Shown: positions 38,615-46,198 of the stretch, one piece after another | Numbering within the stretch: position 1 is the stretch's first letter | Layout of the letters: the number at the start of each line of letters is the position of its first letter | NCBI GenBank assembly: GCA_963742735.1 | Contig: CAVUMN010000002.1 | Span: 73,255-137,254, forward strand | Source: an uncultured Actinomycetes bacterium | Lineage (GTDB): Bacteria > Actinomycetota > UBA4738 > JBBDTT01 | Length of the DNA stretch: 64,000 nt | Direction of reading: 5' to 3' | Made by a program: the position numbers and the translations under genes | The notes under the pieces: model-generated | Databases searched by the model: none | Told to the model about the DNA's origin: nothing | Seen by the model: the letters and a program-made list of their open reading frames with translations, nothing else

Positions 38615-39012
38615 GGTTCGTCGATTCCTCCTTCTGGATCGGGCTAAGCAGTCCGAGGGACCACCGGCACGTCGACGCAGTCGCCATCTGGCGCTCGGGC
38701 CCAGGCCCGCTCGTAACGTCGAACCACGTCCTGGGAGAGTCGTGGACGTTCCTGCGCAGGCGCGCCGGTCATCGCGCGGCAGGTCTGCTGCTTGACCGAG
38801 TGTCGAGCTCGCCACAGGTCGAGGTTCAATTCGTCGATGAGGGAACCGAGGACGTCGCCTGGCGGTGGCTTCGCCGCCATGACGAGCGTCCGTACTCCTT
38901 CGTGGACGCGACGAGCTTTGCGGTCATGCGTCGCCTACGGATACGAGAAGCGCTGGCGTTCGACGGCGACTTCTCCGCGGCCGGGTTCATCGAGGTCCGG
39001 CCGGTGGGCTGA
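38611..39012 (+). CDS. vapC: PIN-domain ribonuclease toxin VapC
   Basis: GTG at 38611 overlaps the antitoxin stop (GTGA). Acidic PIN residues are in VRFVDSSFWI, SFVDATSFAVM and AFDGDF. Confidence 0.8.
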   Translation: MRFVDSSFWIGLSSPRDHRHVDAVAIWRSGPGPLVTSNHVLGESWTFLRRRAGHRAAGLLLDRVSSSPQVEVQFVDEGTEDVAWRWLRRHDERPYSFVDATSFAVMRRLRIREALAFDGDFSAAGFIEVRPVG

Positions 39013-39017
39013 CCGTT

Positions 39018-40655
39018 CTACGACAGGGGCAAGCCGTATCGGCGGGCCGAGGCCTTGATCAGCGGCGCGTAACCCGTCTGTCTGAGGGCCTTCGCCGCCG
39101 TGATCAGGGCGGCGACGCCGTCGCCGAAGTCCGCGTTCGTCGACATGAACTCGTGCGAGGTGAGGACGAGCTTCAGGACGCGGTCGGTGCGGAGGGCGGC
39201 GAGCTGCGCGGGACTGCGCTTCTTGCAGACCTTCGTCTTCTCGTTCGGGGTGCAGCCGAGGGACGTCCGCAGCCTCCACAGGAAGGCCGACCAGATCTCG
39301 CCGTCGTCGTGGACCTCCGGTGGATCGACCATGTCCTCCGGATAGTGCTTGGGTTCGTTCGTGAGCCGCAGGCAGACCGGGCCCGCGGCGGGATCCGCGT
39401 ACGAGGTCGCGTCCCACTCGCCCACGCACTCGTCCTGGAAGCCCTTGCTGATCGAGCGGGCGTAGTACGCGGCGGCCAGGAAGTCGCCCCAGCCCTCGCC
39501 CATCGAGCCGCCCTCGTGGTGCTGACCCCATCCTGGGACCTGGGCGTCGTGCACGGCGTGCCCGTACTCGTGGACGATGATCTCGGCGTCCTCGCCGTCG
39601 TCGACGCCGCCCGAGCCGAACAGCATCAGGTCATTCCCCGGCTGGTAGAAGCTGTTGTCGAAGCCGGGGACGATGACCGCGATCACCTGCTGCGGCTCGG
39701 CGTTCACCCCGGCCTCGCCGCGGAACCCGAGTGACTGGAAGTACCGCTGGATGCGGTCCAGGTGCGCATAGGCCATGGTCGCCTCGAATCGCGGGTCGCC
39801 GCGCGTGAACGAGAAGGCCGGGCCGAGGAGCAGGGGAAGCGGCGCCTGGACGTCCACGTACGGCCCCACGAGCCGGGCGAACGGAAGCTGTCCCTCGTCG
39901 AGGTCCCGGAGGGGGAGGCCGACGAGCTCGGCCGTCAGCTCGGCGCTGTCCAGGTCGGTGTCCACGCCTCCCTCGTCGAAACCCGGCTGCCGCATCGCCG
40001 GGTTCCGAGCAGAGACGGTGGGGCTCGGGTCGAACACCGTCGCCGAGCCGTCCGCGAACCGCCGCCCGTCGCGGATCTCGATCGGGCGCCCGGTCGCGGC
40101 GTCCACGACCGCGGTGCCGGCGATCGCGGGCCGCAGGGACAGCGCGGTGACGTGCCACGCGTCGACCAGGCGGCCGGCGTGGATCGTGAGCATCCGCGCC
40201 ACGGCGGGCGGGGAGTAGGGGGTCGCGATACCGAGCGCGGCCAGGCCGAGCTCCCCGGCGGCCGCGGCGGAGATCGGATGGAGCGCAGGCCCTCCGGGAA
40301 GGCTCGACGGGCGGGCCTCGATCTGCCAGACCCGTCCGCGGACCATGTGGACGGCGGTTGAGGTCGTCTCGACGGGCACCCCACCGCGGAACTCGCGTCC
40401 CCGGACATGCACGCCGACGATGGAGCGGCGGACCGACTCGAAGCGGAAGGCGGAGCCATCCAGGCCGAGCTCGGCCGAGTGAGCCGCCAGGGCTCGCCGG
40501 GCCACCGTCAGGGGCGCGCCGGCGCCGGGGCCCAGGTCGCCGCGGAGGATCCCGCCGGCATGGGCAGAAGCGGGTGTGGCCGAGCCTGCCCCGGCCGGGA
40601 GCAGGCCGGCGGTCATCACGACGACGAGCAGCGCGGCGATGCGCATCCGGCCCAT
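39018..40655 (-). CDS. secreted M36 (fungalysin-type) zinc metalloprotease with FTP/PepSY-like propeptide
   Basis: Signal peptide MGRMRIAALLVVVMTAGLLPAGAGSATPASA. HEYGHAVHD ... GSMGEGWGDF matches the M36 HExxH...EGWSD signature. Confidence 0.8.
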   Translation of the reverse strand: MGRMRIAALLVVVMTAGLLPAGAGSATPASAHAGGILRGDLGPGAGAPLTVARRALAAHSAELGLDGSAFRFESVRRSIVGVHVRGREFRGGVPVETTSTAVHMVRGRVWQIEARPSSLPGGPALHPISAAAAGELGLAALGIATPYSPPAVARMLTIHAGRLVDAWHVTALSLRPAIAGTAVVDAATGRPIEIRDGRRFADGSATVFDPSPTVSARNPAMRQPGFDEGGVDTDLDSAELTAELVGLPLRDLDEGQLPFARLVGPYVDVQAPLPLLLGPAFSFTRGDPRFEATMAYAHLDRIQRYFQSLGFRGEAGVNAEPQQVIAVIVPGFDNSFYQPGNDLMLFGSGGVDDGEDAEIIVHEYGHAVHDAQVPGWGQHHEGGSMGEGWGDFLAAAYYARSISKGFQDECVGEWDATSYADPAAGPVCLRLTNEPKHYPEDMVDPPEVHDDGEIWSAFLWRLRTSLGCTPNEKTKVCKKRSPAQLAALRTDRVLKLVLTSHEFMSTNADFGDGVAALITAAKALRQTGYAPLIKASARRYGLPLS

Positions 40656-40762
40656 GACCGATTTGTTCGACCCCGCCGGGCACCGTACCTGCGTGGGGAG
40701 TTCCACGGCTTCTTCACATCTGCGCGGCCGAGCGCGTCCGGGCCGGTAGTACGATGCCGACG

Positions 40763-41518
40763 ATGCCGCTCTACAAGGAACAGGGCGTCGTCCTTCGTGC
40801 CACGAAGCTCGCCGAGGCGGACAAGATCGTCTCGATCCTCACGCAGGGTTCGGGGAAGGTGCGCGCCGTCGCGAAGGGCGTCCGGCGCACCCAGAGCAAG
40901 TTCGGGGCGCGGCTCGAGCCGTTCACCCACGTGTCGCTGCTGCTGTACCAGGGCCGCTCGCTCGACACGATCACCCAGGCGGAGATCCTCTCGCCGTTCG
41001 TGGCCATCCGCGAGGACTTCACGCGGTTCTCCGCTGGGGAGGCCATGCTCGAGGCCGTCGACCGCGTCTCCGAGGAGCACGAGAAGAACGTCCCGCTGTT
41101 CCTCCTCCTGCTGAACGGCCTGCGCGCGCTCGACACCCGCCCGCCCGACCCGGCCGCCGTGGCGGAGTCGTTCATCCTCAAGCTGCTCTCGCTGTCCGGG
41201 TTCCACCCGAGCCTGTCCGCATGCGCGGAGTGCGGGTCGCCGGACGTCGTGGCGTTCAGCTCGTCACAGGGCGGGGCGGTGTGCGCCGACCACGCCGAGC
41301 GCGACGCGATGCCGGTCGGGCGCGAGGTCCTGGTTTGGCTCGACGCCCTGGCCGAGGCCGAGCTGGCCCAGGCCGGTCAGGGCGGCGCCCCCGACCTGCT
41401 GCGCCGCGAGGCCTGGCAGCTCCTCTCCGGCTACACCGAGTACCACCTGGAGCGCCGGATGCGCTCGCTGCCGCTGCTGTCCCGAACCGCGCCCCCGGCC
41501 ACCCTCCCGCTCGCATGA
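40763..41518 (+). CDS. recO: DNA repair protein RecO
   Basis: MPLYKEQGVVLRATKLAEADKIVSILTQGSGKVRAVAKG, plus a C-terminal zinc motif CAECGS...CADH. ATG 40763 lies 7 nt after TACGAT (40750-40755). ATG 40754 is the alternative start. Confidence 0.9.
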   Translation: MPLYKEQGVVLRATKLAEADKIVSILTQGSGKVRAVAKGVRRTQSKFGARLEPFTHVSLLLYQGRSLDTITQAEILSPFVAIREDFTRFSAGEAMLEAVDRVSEEHEKNVPLFLLLLNGLRALDTRPPDPAAVAESFILKLLSLSGFHPSLSACAECGSPDVVAFSSSQGGAVCADHAERDAMPVGREVLVWLDALAEAELAQAGQGGAPDLLRREAWQLLSGYTEYHLERRMRSLPLLSRTAPPATLPLA

Positions 41519-42255
41519 GCTATCGCTCCGACCTCGACCTGTCGAAGATCCCCCGGCATGTCGCCATCGTCATGGACGGCAACGGGCGGTGGGCCAAGCA
41601 GCGCGGCCTTCCCCGGACCGAGGGCCACGGCGCGGGCGAGCAGGCCCTGTGGGACACGGTCATGGGCGCGCTCGACGTCGGCGTGAAGTGGCTGACCGTG
41701 TACGCCTTCTCCACGGAGAACTGGCGCCGCCCGAAGGCCGAGGTGCAGTACCTGATGAACTTCAACCGGGGGCTGCTCCAGCGCCGGCGCGACGAGCTGA
41801 ACGAGCTGGGCACGCGGGTCCGCTTCGCCGGCCGGCGCGACTGGAAGGTCCCGCGCTCGGTCCTGCGGGAGATGGACCGCTCGCAGGAGCTGACCAAGGA
41901 CAACCGGCGGATGACCCTCACCATCGCGTTCAACTACGGCGGGCGGACCGAGGTCATCGACGCGGTGAAGCAGATCCTGGAGGAGGCGAAGCGGGGCAAG
42001 CTCCGCGGCGAGCGGCTCACCCCGGACTCGATCACCAAGCGGCTGTACCACCCGGACATGCCCGACCCCGACCTGCTGATCCGCACCGGCGGCGAGATGC
42101 GCATCTCGAACTTCCTGCTGTGGGAGGCCGCCTACGCCGAGCTCTGGTTCACGCCGGTGTTCTGGCCGGACTTCAACCGCGAGAACCTGTTCGAGGCCAT
42201 CCGCGACTACCAGAAGCGCGACCGCCGCTTCGGCAAGATCGAAGACGCCGAGTAG
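41515..42255 (+). CDS. uppS: isoprenyl transferase / undecaprenyl-diphosphate synthase
   Basis: ATG at 41515 overlaps the recO stop. HVAIVMDGNGRWA...LTVYAFSTENWRRP...RTGGEMRISNFLLWEAAYAE. Confidence 0.93.
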   Translation: MSYRSDLDLSKIPRHVAIVMDGNGRWAKQRGLPRTEGHGAGEQALWDTVMGALDVGVKWLTVYAFSTENWRRPKAEVQYLMNFNRGLLQRRRDELNELGTRVRFAGRRDWKVPRSVLREMDRSQELTKDNRRMTLTIAFNYGGRTEVIDAVKQILEEAKRGKLRGERLTPDSITKRLYHPDMPDPDLLIRTGGEMRISNFLLWEAAYAELWFTPVFWPDFNRENLFEAIRDYQKRDRRFGKIEDAE

Positions 42256-42286
42256 CAACGCCTCCGCCGGACTCACGATCGCCCTC

Positions 42287-42616
42287 GTGGTTGTTCTCGT
42301 CCTGATCGGGGCGTTCTGCTTCTCCGTGGCCACATTGATCTCGCTTTCCACCTCGAGGCCGGTGCAGATCCGCGCCGCACACGAGTACGGGGGATGCGGA
42401 GTCCTTCCGGCGCACTCAGATGAACGCGAGAGGTGCGCGGCGGACTACGCCCGGACGAACCCTGCGCCGTTTCCTTTGAGGTGGATGCTCCTGGCCGGCC
42501 TTTGCGGTATCGCGGCGACCGCGCTCCTCTGGTCAGCGTCTCGCCGGGCAGAATCACGTGGAGCTCGTGATTCCGGATCCGCCGTTCGCCCTCGTGTCTC
42601 GCGCGTCCGCCGGTGA
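42287..42616 (+). CDS. hypothetical small membrane protein
   Basis: 109-aa ORF: TM (VVLVLIGAFCFSVATLISL), a Cys-containing loop, TM (WMLLAGLCGIAATALLW), and a basic tail. Its A/T-ending codons are atypical for this window. Confidence 0.4.
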   Translation: MVVLVLIGAFCFSVATLISLSTSRPVQIRAAHEYGGCGVLPAHSDERERCAADYARTNPAPFPLRWMLLAGLCGIAATALLWSASRRAESRGARDSGSAVRPRVSRVRR

Positions 42617-42984
42617 GGTCTCAGGAGACGCCCCGTTCGACTGCAGTCGCGTTCGTGGTGATCCTGATCCTCCTGCTCGGCTCGCTCTTTACGAGTCTCA
42701 CCCTGCTCCCGGGCACCGTTCTGCTTGAGAGCGACCTTGGGGCGCCGCGGTGGAGTGATTGTTGGCAGGTCGTCGGTGACGCGCGAATGGAGTGTCTCGG
42801 TCCGGCATTCTGGCGAGAGAAGCTGGCGGACACATCGCCCTCGTTCGCCATCACGCTCATCGCGTCCGTGGGAGCGCTCGTGCTGTCCGCTCGGTTTCGC
42901 CTTACGGGCGGGATCGCAGTCTCCGTCGGGGTGTTCGGTGCTGCCGTCTTGGTAAGCGTCGCCGGGGCACTGCGCGTGTCCTGA
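42613..42984 (+). CDS. hypothetical small membrane protein (same architecture as upstream gene)
   Basis: GTG at 42613 overlaps the upstream stop (GTGA). TM (AVAFVVILILLLGSLFTSLTLL), a loop with 2 Cys, then two C-terminal TM segments. Confidence 0.45.
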   Translation: MRSQETPRSTAVAFVVILILLLGSLFTSLTLLPGTVLLESDLGAPRWSDCWQVVGDARMECLGPAFWREKLADTSPSFAITLIASVGALVLSARFRLTGGIAVSVGVFGAAVLVSVAGALRVS

Positions 42985-43034
42985 CCACACGGACCTGGCC
43001 GATCGACTCTCGTGGGCGCCGGTAGGCTTCGCGG

Positions 43035-43628
43035 ATGACTCCATCGATTCAGATCCCGGACACGTCGATCGCCGTCGCGTCGCGTGAGCTGGCGCGGGAG
43101 GTGTCGAGCCCCGCGCTGTACCACCACTGCGAGCGGACGTACGCGTTCGGGTCGGTGCTCGGCGAGCGGGAGGGCTTCGAGTTCGACCCGGAGCTGCTGT
43201 ACGTCGCCAGCATCCTGCACGACCTCGGGCTGACCGAGCGCTTCGACGGGCCGGACGAGTTCGAGGTCCAGGGGGCGAACGCGGCGCACGCGTTCCTGAC
43301 CGAGCAGGGATGGGATCCGGCGAAGGCCGACCTGGTCCGCGAGGCGATCACGTTCCACACCCGCCCCGCGAACGAGGACCACGAGCGCAAGGAGGTCCCC
43401 CTGCTCACGATCGGGGCCGGGGTCGACGTCCTGGGCCTGGGGATCGAGGACGTGCCGTCCGAGTGGCTGCATCGCATCGTGGAGGAGTGGCCGCGGGAAG
43501 GGCTCAAGGCCGAGCTGGTCGAGCGGTTCGGCGACCAGGCCCGCCGCAAGCCGGGGTCGTGGATCGGCATGCTCGTCGAGAACCTCGAGTGGCTCGAGCG
43601 GATCCAGGCGGCCCCGTTCGACGAGTGA
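43035..43628 (+). CDS. HD-domain metal-dependent phosphohydrolase
   Basis: 197-aa ORF: YHHCERTYAFGSVLG...LLYVASILHDLGLTERF (the H...HD signature). Confidence 0.8.
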   Translation: MTPSIQIPDTSIAVASRELAREVSSPALYHHCERTYAFGSVLGEREGFEFDPELLYVASILHDLGLTERFDGPDEFEVQGANAAHAFLTEQGWDPAKADLVREAITFHTRPANEDHERKEVPLLTIGAGVDVLGLGIEDVPSEWLHRIVEEWPREGLKAELVERFGDQARRKPGSWIGMLVENLEWLERIQAAPFDE

Positions 43629-44560
43629 GCCGGGGTAGCATCCCGCCCGTGAGCGCCCCTGCCGCCGCCGACACCGACGCCGTCACGCTCGACGAGGCCG
43701 ACCTGCCTGAGGTCTTCCGCTCGGGCAACCGGGTCTCGATGAGCGGGCAGAACCGGTACATCCGGTCCACCGCCGCCCAGCTCATCCTGCTGGTCGTCGC
43801 GGCCGTCGCCGGGGCGATCCAGGTCGCGGGCGACGCCCCCGACGCCGCGGTGATCGTGGCCGCGGCCGCCTTCCTTGGAGCCGCGCTGCTGAAGGTCCAG
43901 GTCATCGCCACGCACCCCGAGCAGGACTGGTACGAGGGGCGGGCCGTCGCCGAGTCCACGAAGACCCTCGCCTGGCGCTACGCCGTGGGGGGCGAGCCGT
44001 TCCCCGTCCGCAAGGGCCCCGAGCGGAAGATGAAGGAGCTGTTCCTGGCGCGGCTGCGCGACATCGGGCAGTCCATCGACCTCCCGCTCGTCTCCGGCAC
44101 GCAGCGCGTCGAACAGATCACCGACGGCATGGAGCGCCTGCGATCCCAGCCCCTCGCCGCGCGCCGGGCGGCCTACGAGCAGGGGCGCCTGCGGGACCAG
44201 CTCGCGTGGTACTCGAGCAAGGCCGTGTGGAACCAGACGCGGGCCCGGCTGTGGAACGGCGGGATGCTCGGGCTGATGGTTGCGGGCGGGGTGATCGCGC
44301 TGGTGAGCCTGAGCTCGGGTATCAACCTGAGCCTGGTGGACGCGATCGCCACCCCGGTGGGGGGCATCGGCGCGTGGATCGCGACGAAGCAGCACCAGAC
44401 CCTGGCCAGCGCTTACTCGGTGACCGCCCGGGAGCTCGCCGACATCCTGGACCTGGCCGAGATGCCGAAGAGCGAGGCCGAGTGGGCGGCCTTCGTCTCC
44501 CACGCGGAGGAGGCCGTCTCCAGGGAACACACGCTGTGGCGGGCCTCACGGGGCAAGTGA
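43625..44560 (+). CDS. DUF4231 / SLATT-family membrane protein (two 2-TM units)
   Basis: GTG at 43625 overlaps the HD gene stop (GTGA); GTG 43649 is the alternative. First TM pair AAQLILLVVAAVAGAIQVAG / AAVIVAAAAFLGAALLKVQVI. WYEGRAVAESTKTLAWRYAVGG. Second TM pair after AWYSSKAVWNQTRARLW. C-terminal AVSREHTLWRASR. Confidence 0.7.
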   Translation: MSRGSIPPVSAPAAADTDAVTLDEADLPEVFRSGNRVSMSGQNRYIRSTAAQLILLVVAAVAGAIQVAGDAPDAAVIVAAAAFLGAALLKVQVIATHPEQDWYEGRAVAESTKTLAWRYAVGGEPFPVRKGPERKMKELFLARLRDIGQSIDLPLVSGTQRVEQITDGMERLRSQPLAARRAAYEQGRLRDQLAWYSSKAVWNQTRARLWNGGMLGLMVAGGVIALVSLSSGINLSLVDAIATPVGGIGAWIATKQHQTLASAYSVTARELADILDLAEMPKSEAEWAAFVSHAEEAVSREHTLWRASRGK

Positions 44561-44615
44561 AGATTCCCCCCTTCCTCAACGCGCGGCCGGGGATGTACCC
44601 TGCGCCGAGTGCCCC

Positions 44616-46181
44616 ATGAGTGAGACCCCCGAGGACCGCGAGCACGCCGACCTCCCGCCCGTGCGGGTGCTGATCAGCTACCGCCGGGACGACACCGCGG
44701 GTCACGCCGGACGCCTGTACGACTCGCTCAGCGAGCGCTTCGGCCGGGAGCAGATCTTCATCGACATCGCGGCCATCGAGCCGGGTGTGGACTTCAGCGA
44801 GACGATCGCCCGCGAGGTCGGCTCCTGCGACGTCCTGCTCGCCGTCATCGGCCGCCAGTGGCTGACCGTCACCGACGCCAAGGGCCGGCGCCGGCTGGAC
44901 AACCCCGACGACTACCACCGGCTGGAGATCCAGGCCGCCCTGGAGCGCAACATCCGGGTCATCCCGTGCCTGGTCCAGAACGCGCAGATGCCGGCCCTCG
45001 ACGACCTCCCCGAGGCGATTCAGCGGCTCGCGCTGCGCAACGCGCTGGAGCTCTCCGACGAGCGGTGGAGCTACGACGTCGGACGCCTCGACGCGGCCAT
45101 CTCGAGCGTCGCCCGCGCGAAGGCCCTGCGCCCGAAGGAGGAAGACGAGGCGCCGAAGGAGCCCGAGCCCGAGGAGCCCGAAGCGCCGCCGACCATCGAG
45201 GAGCTTCAGGCAAACGCGGTACCGGAGGAGATCCCCCCGGTCGAGGAACCGGCAGGCGAGGCCGAGCCACTCCCGACCCCCGCGGTCCCGATGGAGCCGG
45301 ACGCGTTCGTCCACGTCGAACCGCCCGACCTGCCGGGGACGCCACCGCCACCACCCACCCCGATGCCCGAACCAACGCCCGAGCCCGAACCCGAACCAAC
45401 GGAGCCCGCCCCCGAGCCCGAGCCCGAGCCCGAGCCGGCACCGGCGGCGTTCGTTCCGCCGCCGCCGGTCGAGCCCGCGGCGATGGTGACCGCGCCGATC
45501 ACGCCCGCGCCGCCCACGGAGTCCTTCCCCCCGGTCGCCCCACCCCCGCCCCCGCCCGGGCCCTCCGAGCCGAAGCGATCCAGGCGAGGGTTGTTGATCG
45601 GGATCGTCATCGCGGCCGTCATCCTCGGGGGCGGCGCCACGGCCTTCGTCCTCACCCGAGACGACACCCCGGAGCGCACCATCCCAACCGTCGACCCGAC
45701 CTCCCCGACCCCGACCATCACCGTCACCACCACGACGACCCCGGCGCCCGCCGACCCGCACGCCGAGCTCATCGCCCGCGTCCCGGCGTCGTTCAGCGCC
45801 ACCTGCGCGGACGACGACGCGAACTACCTTCCGGACCTGGCCCTGGGCGGGATCCGGTGCACCGCTTCCGGGATCGAGGTCTGGTACTACCTGTTCTCGA
45901 CCGGCGCGGACGTGGACGACTGGTACTCGCGGCGGATCGCGGACACCGGGATCACCCAGGGCATGGGCGGCGACTGCGCGTCCGACGACACCGCCGAGGA
46001 CCAGCTGCAGGTGGGCGGCGTCGACGTCGAGGGCCGGCTGTTCTGCCTGACGAACGACCGCGGCCGGTGGATCGAGTGGAAGCGCACCGACTATCGGATC
46101 TACGCGTACGTGCTTCGCGCCGACGGGAACCGCTCCTCGCTGTACGAGTTCTGGACCGGCGCGGGACCGAACGCCCTCTAG
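44616..46181 (+). CDS. TIR-domain protein: N-terminal TIR, Pro/Glu-rich linker, single TM helix, C-terminal 4-Cys extracytoplasmic domain
   Basis: 521-aa ORF. TIR_2-like VRVLISYRRDDTAGHAGRLYDSL...IFIDIAAIEPGVDFSETI...CDVLLAVIGRQW...DYHRLEIQAALERNIRVIPCLV. TM GLLIGIVIAAVILGGGATAFVL at about 45588-45656. Confidence 0.85.
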   Translation: MSETPEDREHADLPPVRVLISYRRDDTAGHAGRLYDSLSERFGREQIFIDIAAIEPGVDFSETIAREVGSCDVLLAVIGRQWLTVTDAKGRRRLDNPDDYHRLEIQAALERNIRVIPCLVQNAQMPALDDLPEAIQRLALRNALELSDERWSYDVGRLDAAISSVARAKALRPKEEDEAPKEPEPEEPEAPPTIEELQANAVPEEIPPVEEPAGEAEPLPTPAVPMEPDAFVHVEPPDLPGTPPPPPTPMPEPTPEPEPEPTEPAPEPEPEPEPAPAAFVPPPPVEPAAMVTAPITPAPPTESFPPVAPPPPPPGPSEPKRSRRGLLIGIVIAAVILGGGATAFVLTRDDTPERTIPTVDPTSPTPTITVTTTTTPAPADPHAELIARVPASFSATCADDDANYLPDLALGGIRCTASGIEVWYYLFSTGADVDDWYSRRIADTGITQGMGGDCASDDTAEDQLQVGGVDVEGRLFCLTNDRGRWIEWKRTDYRIYAYVLRADGNRSSLYEFWTGAGPNAL

Positions 46182-46198
46182 GGCATAGGCTCGACCCC

